64,000 nucleotides of DNA from Asanoa sp. NPDC049475. Lineage in GTDB: Bacteria; Actinomycetota; Actinomycetes; Mycobacteriales; Micromonosporaceae. The notes below the pieces were generated by a model. It was not told the origin of the DNA. It was given only the letters and a program-made list of their open reading frames with translations, and made no database searches. The DNA is taken from positions 538,277 to 602,276 of the forward strand of contig NZ_JBFAPY010000006.1 of assembly GCF_040676915.1 (NCBI RefSeq), written 5' to 3'. The translations under genes were made by a program, and so were the position numbers. Of this stretch, positions 25,451-36,000 are shown piece by piece. The first letter of the stretch is position 1, and each line of letters begins with the position of its first letter.

Positions 25451-27502
25451 CTAGCGCAGGCCGTTGCGGATCGCTACCTGGATCAGCAGCCGGGGGTTGT
25501 CGGTGATGATGCCGTCGACGCCGAGGTCGATCACCCGTTGCATGACGGCCGGGTCGTCCACCGTGTACGGGACGACCTTGAGCTTGTCGCGGCCCTGGAG
25601 CACCGGGACGTCGGGGCCGAAGTAGTAGCTCGGGTCCTGGCGCAGGTACCAGTCGGGGCTGACGACGGTGCCCTGCGTCGGGTCGTGGACCTGCCAGTTG
25701 GCCGAGACCGTGCCGGCGCCCGCGGCGCGGACCAGCTTGCCGAGGTCGCGGTACTTCCACCAGTCGAGGCCGCCGGTCCACTGGCTCTTGACGGACCTGT
25801 CGCCGTAGACCGCCTGCAGCGAGCACTCGTCGGCCGGCGACGCGCACTCGGCCGGGCCGTACTGCCAGACCAGCGCGACCGTCTCGATCTTCTTGTCGAG
25901 CTCGCGCGCCCGGATGATCGTGCGCCAGTCGAACGACTGGATCGTGACCCGGTCCTCGAAGCGCGCCTTCTTGATCGCCTTGACCAGCTTGGCGGTGAAC
26001 GGGCCGAACGCCTCGGTGTCGTTCGCCGTCGGGCTGATCTTCGTCTCGATGTTCATCCGGACGTCCGGCCGGTCGCTCCCCTTGACCAGCGAGAAGACCT
26101 CGTCGAGCGTCGGGATCCGGGCGCCGGGCACGGCCACCTGGTCGGGCAGTTCCGGCAGCGTCTTCGTGCCACAGTCGATGGTCTTGATCTGCGCCAGCGT
26201 GAGGTCGTGCACGAGCTTGCCGACGTACGGGAACATCGGGTCCTTCGGCCGCACCGGCGCCGTGTCGACGCAGTGCGAGCCGTTGATCGCCCGGTCGTGC
26301 AGCACGACGAGCTTGCCGTCCTTGGTGACGCCCGTGTCGAGCTCGAGCGTGGAGACGGCGGGGTTGGCCAGCGCCTTCGCGAACGCCGGGAGGGTGTTCT
26401 CGGGCAGGTCGGCCCGGCCGCCGCGGTGAGCCTGCACGTCGAACGGCGACGCGTACGCCTTGGGCAGCTTGAACCGCGACTGGCCCAGCAGGGTGCGCAG
26501 CCGGTCGGGGTAGTCGGTGATGATGCCGTCGACGCCGTCGTTGATCAGCTTCGTCATCGTGGGCACGTCGTCGACGGTCCACGGAATGACCTTGATGCCG
26601 TTCTTGTGCGCGTGGTCGACCATCTCCCTGGTCACGTACGGCTTGTAGTTGGCGTCGGTCACCTTGCCGTTCTGCGGGTCGCCGTGCACCGGCGAGAACG
26701 CGGAAGCGCCGAAGGTCTTGATCGCCTTGATCGGGTCGCCGCCGAAGTCGTCGATGTCGAGCCCGCCCAGCCACGGCGACTTGCCGGGCATACCGGTCTG
26801 GTTCATCGCGGGGTTGCCCAGCGCGACCAGCGGCAGCCGCGGCTCGACCTGGCGCATCCGCATCAGCGCGCCCCAGTCGAACGACTGGATCGTGACCTGG
26901 TCGAGCAGGCCGGAATCGCGGATCTCGCGGGCGGTCACCTGCACGAACTGCTCGCGCGGCGCGGTCTCGCTGGGCGCGCCGGCCTCGACCTTGGTCTCGA
27001 CGTTGAGCTTCACGTCGCGCGCCTGGTAGCGGTTGACCAGCGCGAAAACCTCACTGAGCAGCGGCATCCGCGCACCCGGCACGGCGACCTGGCCCGGGAA
27101 GTCGGCCAGCGTCAGGCTGCCGCAGTCGAGCGTGCGCACCTGCGCCAGTGAGAGGGTGTTGATGTACTTGCCGATGTACGGGAACTCCGGGTCGCCCGGG
27201 AACGCCGGCGCGGTGTCCTTGCACTTCGAGCCGGTGGTCCTGCGGTCGTGGGTGACCACCGCCTGCCCGTCCTGCGTGATCTGCACGTCGAGCTCCAGCG
27301 TGGAGACGCCGAGCTGTAGCGCGTTGCCGAACGACGCGAGCGTGTTCTCCACCCGCAGCCCGATGCCGCCGCGGTGCGCCTGCAGGTCAAAGGTCTTGGG
27401 TGCGGCCGAGGCAGGGCTGATGCCGGCGGTCAGGCCGGCCACCCCGCTCAGGGCCACGGTGGCGGCGAGTGCCGTCACGGCACGTCGTTGCCAACGGGAC
27501 AT
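25451..27502 (-). CDS. Secreted glycerophosphodiester phosphodiesterase with two tandem GDPD domains
   Basis: A signal peptide is followed by two copies of the HRG motif region (…DLQAHRGGIGLRVENTL… and …DVQAHRGGRADLPENTL…). The two halves are about 45% identical. Confidence 0.85.
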   Translation of the reverse strand: MSRWQRRAVTALAATVALSGVAGLTAGISPASAAPKTFDLQAHRGGIGLRVENTLASFGNALQLGVSTLELDVQITQDGQAVVTHDRRTTGSKCKDTAPAFPGDPEFPYIGKYINTLSLAQVRTLDCGSLTLADFPGQVAVPGARMPLLSEVFALVNRYQARDVKLNVETKVEAGAPSETAPREQFVQVTAREIRDSGLLDQVTIQSFDWGALMRMRQVEPRLPLVALGNPAMNQTGMPGKSPWLGGLDIDDFGGDPIKAIKTFGASAFSPVHGDPQNGKVTDANYKPYVTREMVDHAHKNGIKVIPWTVDDVPTMTKLINDGVDGIITDYPDRLRTLLGQSRFKLPKAYASPFDVQAHRGGRADLPENTLPAFAKALANPAVSTLELDTGVTKDGKLVVLHDRAINGSHCVDTAPVRPKDPMFPYVGKLVHDLTLAQIKTIDCGTKTLPELPDQVAVPGARIPTLDEVFSLVKGSDRPDVRMNIETKISPTANDTEAFGPFTAKLVKAIKKARFEDRVTIQSFDWRTIIRARELDKKIETVALVWQYGPAECASPADECSLQAVYGDRSVKSQWTGGLDWWKYRDLGKLVRAAGAGTVSANWQVHDPTQGTVVSPDWYLRQDPSYYFGPDVPVLQGRDKLKVVPYTVDDPAVMQRVIDLGVDGIITDNPRLLIQVAIRNGLR

Positions 27503-27579
27503 ATCTCGTTCCTCCTGGGATCGGTGGTCCCGCCGATCCTGGAGGCCCGTTACGGCCCGTGAGCGTGCAAAAGATGAAC

Positions 27580-28644
27580 TTATGGAAATGTCTGGCGGAT
27601 CAACCGTCGCAGGTCTTCCATCGGGTCGTCCTTGCCTGCCGACAGCAGGGTCTTCGTGGCGGCGACGGTCAGCCCAAGGGCCGGGAACGCGTACGCGATG
27701 CTGCCGCCGTTGCCGCTCGCGCCGAAGAACTCGTCGTCGAGCTGGTAACCGAGGCCGCGCGGGGCCGGGGAGCCGGTCGCCCAGTCGTCGCCCGTCATCG
27801 CCAGCGTGGTCGCCTCCCGCAGCCGCTCCGGCGAGATCAGCCGCACGCCGTCGACCTCGCCGATCAGCGCCGCGTACATCCGTGCTGCCGCCCGCGCGGT
27901 GACCGTGCCGACCGCCGGCACCTCGGCCCGGAGCACCGCCGGGTCGTTGCCGAGCTCGACGCCGGGTCGCACGCCAGGCGGGGCGATCCGGTCGAAGTTG
28001 ACCAGGAACTTGCTGATCGACTCCATCGCCTCCGACAGGTTGCCGTCCTCGAGCGTGGCCAACCGCGGCAGATCGCCATCGGGTACGGCCAGGAACAGCT
28101 CACCGTCGGCGCCCAGCGGCGCGGCGACGTCGTCGGCCAACACCTGCGACAGTGCGCGCCCGGTGGCCCGGCGGACGGTCTCACCGACCAGAAAGCCGTA
28201 CGTCCAGGCGTGGTAGCCGTAACGCGACCCTGGTGTCCACAGTGGCGTCATGTCGGCCAGTAGCGCGCACATGTGGTCCCAGTCGGTCAGCTCGGCCCGG
28301 GTGATGTCTGCCGGCAACGCGGGCACGCCGGCGCTGTGCGTGAGCGCGTGCCGCAGGGTGGTGTCGCCCTTGCCGTGTGCCGCGTACTCCGGCCAGACGT
28401 CGGCGATCCGCAGGTCGTAGTCGATCTCCCCGCGCTCGGCCAGCACGTGCACGACCGTCGCGGTCAGCCCCTTGCCGGTGGAGAAACTGAAGATCGGTGT
28501 GTCGTGGGCCACGCCGAACGCCTCGTCGAGGAGCACCTCGCCGCCGAGGTAGGCGCACACCTGCACGCCGGTCTCGCGCCCGTCGGCGATCAGGCCGGCC
28601 ACCGTCGCGCGGACCTGTTCCCGCAGCTCATCCTTCTCGATCAC
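27580..28644 (-). CDS. Serine hydrolase of the beta-lactamase/transpeptidase-like (class C / esterase) family
   Basis: The S-x-x-K active-site motif is SFSTGK, and the mid-region …YGYHAWTYGFLVGE… fits the family. Confidence 0.8.
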   Translation of the reverse strand: MIEKDELREQVRATVAGLIADGRETGVQVCAYLGGEVLLDEAFGVAHDTPIFSFSTGKGLTATVVHVLAERGEIDYDLRIADVWPEYAAHGKGDTTLRHALTHSAGVPALPADITRAELTDWDHMCALLADMTPLWTPGSRYGYHAWTYGFLVGETVRRATGRALSQVLADDVAAPLGADGELFLAVPDGDLPRLATLEDGNLSEAMESISKFLVNFDRIAPPGVRPGVELGNDPAVLRAEVPAVGTVTARAAARMYAALIGEVDGVRLISPERLREATTLAMTGDDWATGSPAPRGLGYQLDDEFFGASGNGGSIAYAFPALGLTVAATKTLLSAGKDDPMEDLRRLIRQTFP

Positions 28645-28780
28645 ACGACCACGCTACGGCGACGCACAACCGGATTAGTGGGGCTTTCCCTACCGTCGAT
28701 ACGCCCGCTCACGGCAATGACCCCGGCCCGGTGCTCGGGCGATCGTGGAGGCACCACACAAACGCGAAGGGGTGCCAGCC

Positions 28781-30304
28781 ATGCAGCGCAGCAACTTCTC
28801 CCGTCGTTCGGTGCTCGCCGGGGCATTCGGGCTGGCAGCCGGGGCGGCCGTCGGGACCGGCCGGGCAAGCGCGACGCCCCGGGTGCCGTCCGCCGTCGAC
28901 CACGTGACCGCCATCACCCACGTGACCGTCATCGACGCGACCGGTGCGCCCGCGAAGCGGGACATGACCGTGCTGCTGAGGGGCGGACGCATCCTCGCCG
29001 TCGAACCGAGCCGCCGCCTCGGCGTGCCGCTGGGCGCCGACGTGGTCGACGGGCGCGGCAGGTTCCTCATCCCCGGCCTGGCGAACATGCACAACCACAC
29101 GTTCGACGGCGAGGCGATCGAGCCGCCGTTGAACATCGCCAACGGCATCACCACCGTCCGCGAGATGAGCGCGAACGCGGACGTCGCCCGCTGGGGCCGC
29201 GAGGTGGAGGCCGGCACCCGGCTCGCGCCGCGCTACACCGTCGGCAGCCCGATCGTCGACGGCTCGCCGTCGCTGTGGGAGGGGCTCGGAGCGCCGTACA
29301 TCGCCGTCGCCACGCCCGAGGAGGCCCGGGCCACGGTCCGGGCGCAGCAGGCCGCCGGCGCCGACTTCGTGAAGGTCTACACCCGACTGTCACGACGGTC
29401 CTTCTTCGCCATCGCCGACGAGGCGCGACGGCACCGGATCCCGTTCCTGGGGCACGTCTCCGACTTCGTCCAGCTGACCGAGGCCAGCGACGCCGGCCTC
29501 GCGAGCGTCGAGCATCTCTTCCAGGTCTGGTACGACACGTCGAGCCGCGAGGACGAGCTGCGCCGCGCGATCACGTCGGTGCCGATCGCGGGCGGCGAAT
29601 ACAACGGCTGGCTCAACAAGATGCATCCGTACGAGTACGCGGCCGCCCGCAGCTTCGACCGGCACAAGGCCGCCGGCGTCTTCGCCCGGCTGGCCCGCAA
29701 CGGCACGCGGGTCACACCGACGCTGGTGCTGCACACGTTCACCGACCTGCCGGGCGACACCCCGATGACCGACCCCCGCTACGCGTACGTCCCGGCGGCG
29801 ACGCAGGAGTTCTGGCAGTTCGCCCTGGACATGATCTACCTGGACGGGCGTACCCCGGAGCAGGACGCCCGCGGTCGCGAGATCTTCGAGCGCCGCCTCC
29901 GCCTGGTCCACGACCTCGACCGCGCGGGCGTCCCACTGATGGCCGGCACCGACAACGGCACGGCCTACCTGGTGCCCGGCTTCAGCCTGCACGACGAGCT
30001 GGCCCGGCTGTCCCAGGCGGGCCTGTCGAACCTGCGGGTGCTCCAGACGGCGACGCTGGAGCCGGCGCGCTACCTCGGCGCCGACGACCGCGGCACGATC
30101 GAGCGCGGCAAGGTCGCGGACCTGGTGCTGCTGGACGCCGACCCGCTGCGCGACATCCGCAACACGACCCGCATCAACTCGGTGGTCGTCGGCGGCCAGG
30201 TGATCGACCCGGCCTCCCGCCGACGGATGCTCGACGACGTCAAGAAGGCGGCCTCCGCCGCACCGCCCGCGCCGACACCGCTCGTTGCGCGCTGCCCCTG
30301 CTAG
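28781..30304 (+). CDS. Amidohydrolase-family protein, secreted via a Tat-type signal (RRSVLAGAFGLAAGAAVG)
   Basis: A twin-arginine signal is followed by the metal-dependent hydrolase fold (…LIPGLANMHNHTF…, …LMAGTDNGTAYLVPGFSLHDEL…). Start chosen at MQRSNF (28781) after a GAAGGGG site. Confidence 0.8.
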   Translation: MQRSNFSRRSVLAGAFGLAAGAAVGTGRASATPRVPSAVDHVTAITHVTVIDATGAPAKRDMTVLLRGGRILAVEPSRRLGVPLGADVVDGRGRFLIPGLANMHNHTFDGEAIEPPLNIANGITTVREMSANADVARWGREVEAGTRLAPRYTVGSPIVDGSPSLWEGLGAPYIAVATPEEARATVRAQQAAGADFVKVYTRLSRRSFFAIADEARRHRIPFLGHVSDFVQLTEASDAGLASVEHLFQVWYDTSSREDELRRAITSVPIAGGEYNGWLNKMHPYEYAAARSFDRHKAAGVFARLARNGTRVTPTLVLHTFTDLPGDTPMTDPRYAYVPAATQEFWQFALDMIYLDGRTPEQDARGREIFERRLRLVHDLDRAGVPLMAGTDNGTAYLVPGFSLHDELARLSQAGLSNLRVLQTATLEPARYLGADDRGTIERGKVADLVLLDADPLRDIRNTTRINSVVVGGQVIDPASRRRMLDDVKKAASAAPPAPTPLVARCPC

Positions 30305-30399
30305 ACCGCGACAGCCTGGGGTCATCCGGCCATTCGGATGACCCCGTGCTTGTGCGCCCATGCCATCATCCTGAGGAACATTCATGGGGGTGGTTTCGA

Positions 30400-30993
30400 C
30401 CGGTGGGCGACTTCATCGACACGACTCTGGGCTTTCCGTCCGTGGTCTTCACCGTCCTGCTGACGGTCGTCGTCTGCTATTGGATCGTCGTGCTGGCGGG
30501 TGGGCTCGACACCGAGACCGACGGCGGGCTCGACGGCATTCTCGACCGGCTCGGGCTCGGTGGCACACCGGCGACGATCGTGCTGTCCATTGTGGTCGCG
30601 GTTGCCTGGTTCGCGAGTCTCGTCGGCACGGTCGTGCTGCCCGACAACGCCGTCTTCGAGGTCCTGGTGCTGGTCGCCAGCCTGGTGGTCGGCTGGGCCG
30701 TCGCCAACCTGCTTCGCCGGCCGTTGCGCCGGTTCTTCCCTACCGCGCCCGAGGCTTCTCGTCATGACTTCGTCGGCCGGGAGTGCGTCATTCGCACCGG
30801 CCGCGTGGCCATCGACTTCGGCCAGGCCGAGGTGCACGCCGCCGACGGGTCGTCGGCCATCGTGCAGGTGCGCCAGACCGGTGTCGACACGTTCGCGGTC
30901 GGCACCCGCGCGGTCATCTACGACTACGACTCCGCCGGCGAGTTCTTCTGGGTCGTGCCGGCCGACCTCTCGAATCGATCGAAGGACCGTTGA
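30400..30993 (+). CDS. NfeD-like / YqiJ-like (DUF1449-type) membrane protein: N-terminal TM helices plus a C-terminal OB-fold domain. It is the first gene of the flotillin operon.
   Basis: Only one frame gives a sensible protein (…FTVLLTVVVCYWIVVLAGGL…LVLVASLVVGWAVANLL… then …VIRTGRVAIDFGQAEVHAADGSSAIVQVRQ…). It ends TGATG-coupled to the flotillin gene. The start is uncertain: GTG 30400 is the first in-frame start, while the only good SD (GAGGAA) precedes an out-of-frame ATG at 30384. Confidence 0.5.
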   Translation, partial: PVGDFIDTTLGFPSVVFTVLLTVVVCYWIVVLAGGLDTETDGGLDGILDRLGLGGTPATIVLSIVVAVAWFASLVGTVVLPDNAVFEVLVLVASLVVGWAVANLLRRPLRRFFPTAPEASRHDFVGRECVIRTGRVAIDFGQAEVHAADGSSAIVQVRQTGVDTFAVGTRAVIYDYDSAGEFFWVVPADLSNRSKDR

Positions 30994-33008
30994 TGGACGT
31001 CATCTCGCTCGGGTTCCTCGTCCTCGTCGTGGTGCTCATCCTCGTACTCCTTGGCGTCCTGCTGCTCGTCAGCCGGCTGTTCAAGAAGGTCGAGCAGGGC
31101 AAGGCGCTGATCATCTCGAAGACCCGCAAGGTGGACGTCACGTTCACCGGTGCCGTGGTGCTGCCGGTGTTCCACAAGTCCGAGATCATGGACATCTCGG
31201 TGAAGACCATCGACATCGAGCGGTCCGGCAACGACGGCCTGATCTGTCAGGACAACATCCGGGCCGACATCAAAATCACCTTCTTCGTGCGCGTCAACAA
31301 GACCGCCGAAGACGTGGTGAAGGTGGCCCAGGCGATCGGCACCGCGCGCGCCAGCGACCAGGCGACGCTCCAGGAGCTGTTCAGCGCCAAGTTCTCCGAG
31401 GCGCTGAAGACGGTCGGCAAGCAGCTCGACTTCGTCGACCTCTACACCAAGCGCAACGAGTTCCGCGACCGCATCCTCGCCGTCATCGGCACCGACCTCA
31501 ATGGATACTCGCTCGAGGACGCGGCGATCGACGTGCTGGAGCAGACTCCGCTCGACCAGCTCGACCCGCGCAACATCCTCGACGCGCAGGGCATTCGTAA
31601 GATCACCGAGCTGACCGCCACCGAACACGTGCGCACCAACGAGTTCCGGCGCAACGAGGAGAAGGAGATCACACGCCAGAACGTCGACGCGAAGGAAGCC
31701 ATACTCGAGCTGGAGCGCCGACAGGCCGACGCGGAGATCAAGCAGAAGCGCGAGATCGACACCATGCGGGCACGCGAGGAGGCCGAGACCGAGCTGGTCC
31801 GGGCCGAGCAGCGGCTGCGCTACAACTCCGCGAACCTGCGCACCGACGAGCAGCTCGGCGTCCAGCGGGAGAACCAGGCCCGGGAGATCGCGGTCGCGGA
31901 GAAAAACCGGGAACGCGTCATCGCGATCGAGACCGAGCGGATCGAGAAGGACCGCATGCTCGAGGTGATCGGTCGCGAGCGGGAGACCGAGCTCTCGACG
32001 ATCGCCAAGAACAAAGAGGTCGAGGCGGAGAAGCGGTCGATCGCCGAGGTGATCCGCGAGCGGATCGCCGTGGAGAAGACCGTCGCCGAGCAGGAGGAGC
32101 ACATCAAGCGCCTGCGGGTGGTCGAGGAGGCCGAGCGCCTGCGCCAGTCGACGATCATCCAGGCCGAGGCGATGGCGCAGGAGAACCTGGTCAAGGACAT
32201 CAAGGCGGCCGAGGCCGCGGAGGTTTCGGCCAAGCACCGCGCCCGCGAGCAGCTCGTCCTCGCCGAGGCCCGGCAGCAGGCCGCCGAGCTCGACACCCGG
32301 GCGAAGATCCGGCTGGCCGAAGGCGCGCAGGCCGAGGCAGCCGCCGCCGGGCTGGCCGACGTGCAGGTGCGCGAGCGCGACGCCGAGGCGATCGAGAAGG
32401 TCGGCCGGGCCGAAGCGGTGGTCGAGCGGGAGAAGGCGATCGCGGCGGCCGAGGGCATGCGCGAGAAGCTCAAGGGCGAGGCCGAGGGTCTGACCGAGAA
32501 GGCGGCCGCGATGGCGGCGCTGGACGACGCGACCCGCGAGCACGAGGAATACCGCCTTCGCCTGGAGGCCGAGAAGGAGATCCGGCTCGCCGGCATCGAC
32601 GTGCAGCGGCAGGTGGCCGAGGCGCAGGCCGAGCTCATCGGCAAGGGCCTCGAGAAGGCCGACATCGACATCGTCGGCGGCGACAGCATCTTCTTCGACC
32701 GCCTGATCGGCGCGATCTCGACGGGCAAGAGCGTCGACGGCTTCGTCGGCAACTCGACCGTGGCCACCTCGCTGGCCGGCCCGTGGCTCGACGGCTCGTC
32801 CAGCTTCGCCGACGACCTCGGCAAGCTGCTCGGCAAGGTGAACACGGCCGACGTGACCAACTTGACCCTCTCGGCGTTCCTGCTCCAGCAGATCAAGGCA
32901 GGCGGCAACGACTCCGGCAAGCTGCGCGAGCTCCTGACGGCCGCCGAGAAGCTCGGTGTCGCGGACGCGCCGCTGGCCGCGCTCAACTCGTCGGCCGCCC
33001 GTGGCTGA
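30993..33008 (+). CDS. Flotillin-family SPFH/Band-7 protein (FloT/YqiK-like) with a long coiled-coil C-terminal region
   Basis: An N-terminal membrane anchor LGFLVLVVVLILVLLGVLLLV is followed by the SPFH domain (…ALIISKTRKVDVTF…VLPVFHKSEIMDISVKTIDI…) and an extended Glu/Ala/Arg-rich coiled coil. It is TGATG-coupled to the NfeD-like gene. Confidence 0.85.
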   Translation: MDVISLGFLVLVVVLILVLLGVLLLVSRLFKKVEQGKALIISKTRKVDVTFTGAVVLPVFHKSEIMDISVKTIDIERSGNDGLICQDNIRADIKITFFVRVNKTAEDVVKVAQAIGTARASDQATLQELFSAKFSEALKTVGKQLDFVDLYTKRNEFRDRILAVIGTDLNGYSLEDAAIDVLEQTPLDQLDPRNILDAQGIRKITELTATEHVRTNEFRRNEEKEITRQNVDAKEAILELERRQADAEIKQKREIDTMRAREEAETELVRAEQRLRYNSANLRTDEQLGVQRENQAREIAVAEKNRERVIAIETERIEKDRMLEVIGRERETELSTIAKNKEVEAEKRSIAEVIRERIAVEKTVAEQEEHIKRLRVVEEAERLRQSTIIQAEAMAQENLVKDIKAAEAAEVSAKHRAREQLVLAEARQQAAELDTRAKIRLAEGAQAEAAAAGLADVQVRERDAEAIEKVGRAEAVVEREKAIAAAEGMREKLKGEAEGLTEKAAAMAALDDATREHEEYRLRLEAEKEIRLAGIDVQRQVAEAQAELIGKGLEKADIDIVGGDSIFFDRLIGAISTGKSVDGFVGNSTVATSLAGPWLDGSSSFADDLGKLLGKVNTADVTNLTLSAFLLQQIKAGGNDSGKLRELLTAAEKLGVADAPLAALNSSAARG

Positions 33009-36000
33009 GCAGGCCACGGCAACTCTGGACGCCGGCACCTATGAGGTCCTGCGCGACCGGCTGGCGGCGCGGTCCGCCGAGCTGGCCAGCCGGGCGGAGG
33101 AGCTCAACGCCCGGCGGCTGGCCGAGTTCGGCAGCACCGAGCTCCGGCTGGTCGGCACCGACCGGGTCCGCACCGAGCACAACTGCGTGCCGCGCGACAT
33201 CGTGCCGGCCGCCGGCGTGATGCTGTTCGGCTACAACGTGTTCCTGGGCCTCAAGCCCGAGACCTCGGTCGGCGACGTGTTCTCGCTGCACCGGTTCCTG
33301 CGCGACGGCGACGCCTTCCGGTTCGACGACGTGCCGCCGGCCGAGGTGCCCGGGTTGCTCGACGACGAGACGTTCCAGCGCGACTTCGCGGAGCTCTACC
33401 GCTACTACCGGGAGACCCGCCTCGCCACGCTGCGCGAGGTCGACGGGAAGCTGCTCGCCGTCTTCCAGACCGGCCCGCGCACCGAGGACATCCGCGTGCT
33501 GCGCTGGGCCACGGCCCCGGACGGCACCGTCGCATACGTCGACAACCGGGGTGAGCGCGACCACGTCTTCCCGCCCAGCCACGACCTTGAGTGGGTGGAG
33601 ACCACCCGCGACGACCACGTGCTCGGCCGGCACCCGCACATCTCGATCGCCGGTGAGCTGTTCGTGGAGACGGTCGGCGGCGACCTCACCCTCAAGATCG
33701 AAGACAACACCGAGTCCGGCGAAGGCATCTACGCGGAGCCGGTGGAGCAGCCGCTGCAGAGCCTGGCCGACGCCGACGTGCACTGGGCGCGGGTCGGTCC
33801 GCTGATCCTGCTCCGCGTCCGGCCGTACAAGGAAAGCGCCTGGCGTCATCTGGTCTTCAACACGCGCACCAAGGACGTGGTGCGGCTCGACGGCATCGGG
33901 CAGTCCTGCCAGCGGCTGCCGGAGGACCACGGGATCATCTTCCCGGGCGGCTACTACCTGACCACGGGCGTGGTGAAGACGTTCGAGACCGACACGGCCG
34001 ACCTGGTGTTCGAGCGGCTGATCCGGTCACCCAACGGCGAGGACGTGCTCTACGTCTTCCACGCGGTCGTCGAGGGACGCAGCCTGCTGCTGCCCTACAA
34101 CGTGATCCGCAAGGAGGTCGCGACGCCGCTCGCGTGCCACGGCTACTCGCTGTTCGACGACGGCACGCTCGTGGTCTTCCGGGCCACCTCCGACGAGCCG
34201 ACCCGCGTACACCCGATGCAGGTCTGGCAGACCCCGTTCCGATCCGACGCGTACGCCGCCCGCCAGCCCGCCGGCACCGGCCCGCTGGCCCGGGTGGGCA
34301 ACGCCGATCTCGTCCGCGGCATCTCCGACGCGCTGTCGGTGGCGCGGATGGTCGGCGAGATGAGCCCGTCGGTGCCGGTGTTCGAGGCGCTGATCGCCGC
34401 GTGCGTGCGGGTCTTCGACCACTACCACTGGCTGGGCGAGGCGGAGCTGTGCGACCTGCGCACCCCGCTCGCCGAGGTACGCGCGACCGCCGAACAGGTG
34501 CTCGACGAGTACGAGCGCGTGCAGGCCCTCACCGCCGCCGCCGGCACCGCACTGGACACGGCCGCGGCCGATCTGGCCTCGCTCCTGCGCCGGGTCAACG
34601 GCGAACCACCGACGAGCACCGACGGCTGGATCCGCCAGCTCGCCGACCTGCGTCGCGCCCAGGGTCACCTGGAGACACTGCGGGAGCTGCGCTACGTCGA
34701 CCTGGCCCGGATCGACGCACTGGCCGCGGAGCTGGCCGCCGAGCTCGACGCCACGGCCCGGCGGGCGGTCGGTTTCCTCGAGCGCGACGACGCGTTCGCC
34801 GCTTACGGCGCCGAGGTCGAGCGGCTCACCGCCGAGGGTGCCGAGGTGCCCACCGTCGCGGCCGCCGCACCGGTCGGCGAGAAGCTCACCGAGCAGGCCG
34901 ACGCGCTGCGCCTGGTGACCGACGTGGTCGGCACGCTGGACATCGCGGACGCGACCGTGCGCACCGCCATCCTCGAACGAATCGGCGACGTGCTCGGCGC
35001 GGTCAACCGGGCGCGGGCCACCCTCGAAGCCCGCCGCCGCGAGCTGGCCGCGGTCGAGGGCCGGGCCGGCTTCGCGGCCGAGTTCGCGCTGCTCAACCAG
35101 GCCGTGACCGGCGCACTGGCGGCCTGCGACACCCCTGAGGCGTGCGACGACCAGCTCGGCCGTCTGCTGCTCCAGGTGGAGGTCCTGGAGTCCCGCTACG
35201 GCGAGTTCGACGACTTCCTGACCGAGCTCTCGACCAAGCGCACCGACGTCTACGAGGCGTTCTCGGCCCGCAAGCAGGCACTGGTCGATGAGCGCTCGCG
35301 GCGCGCGGACCGCCTGGTCGAGTCGGCGGACCGGATCCTGACCAGCGTCCGCCGCCGCGCGTCCACGATGGACACTCTCGACGACGTCAACACGTACTTC
35401 GCCGGCGACCCGATGGTGGCCAAGCTCCGCTCGGTCGCCGACGAGCTGCGCGCGCTCGGCGACGCGGTCCGCGGCGAAGAGCTCGACGGCCGGGTCAAGG
35501 CGACCCGGCAGGAGGCCGGCCGGGCGCTGCGCGACCGGATCGACCTGTTCCGCGACGGCGGCGAGACGATCCAGCTCGGCCGGCACCGGTTCGCCGTCAA
35601 CACCCAGGCGATCGAACTGGCGCTGGTGCCGCACGACGGGGCCATGGCGGTCGCGGTCACCGGCACCGACTTTCGCGCGCCGGTCGACGATCCGGAGTTC
35701 CGCACGACCGGCGAGTTCTGGGACCAGCCGCTGGTCTCCGAGTCGCCGTCGGTCAGTCGCGCGGAGTTCCTGGCCACCTCGATCCTGGCCACGGCCGACC
35801 TTGACGCGCTGCACGCGGCCGCCGCCGGCGGCACCCTGGGCGAGCTGGTGCGGCGGGCCGCCGAGGAGCGCATCGACGAGGGCTACGAGCGGGGCATCCA
35901 CGACGCCGACGCCACCGCGGTCCTCGACGCGCTGCTGCGCCTGCACGCCGGCGCCGGCCTGTTGCGCTACCCGCCGGCGGCCCGGGCGGCGGCCCAGCTC

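Noticed and set aside
28273-30400. The first ~700 codons of ORF 28273-30993 (906 aa) and ORF 29390-30385 (-).
   Set aside because: They run antisense or out of frame through the serine hydrolase and amidohydrolase genes with Arg/Pro-rich composition. Only the last ~198 codons (the NfeD-like protein) look real.
32956-33000. ATG 32956 as the start of the giant ATPase (the track ORF start).
   Set aside because: It would overlap the flotillin C-terminus by 53 bp. GTG 33001 gives an 8-bp overlap typical of translational coupling, and the upstream 15 codons are Arg-rich. ATG 32956 remains a possible alternative.
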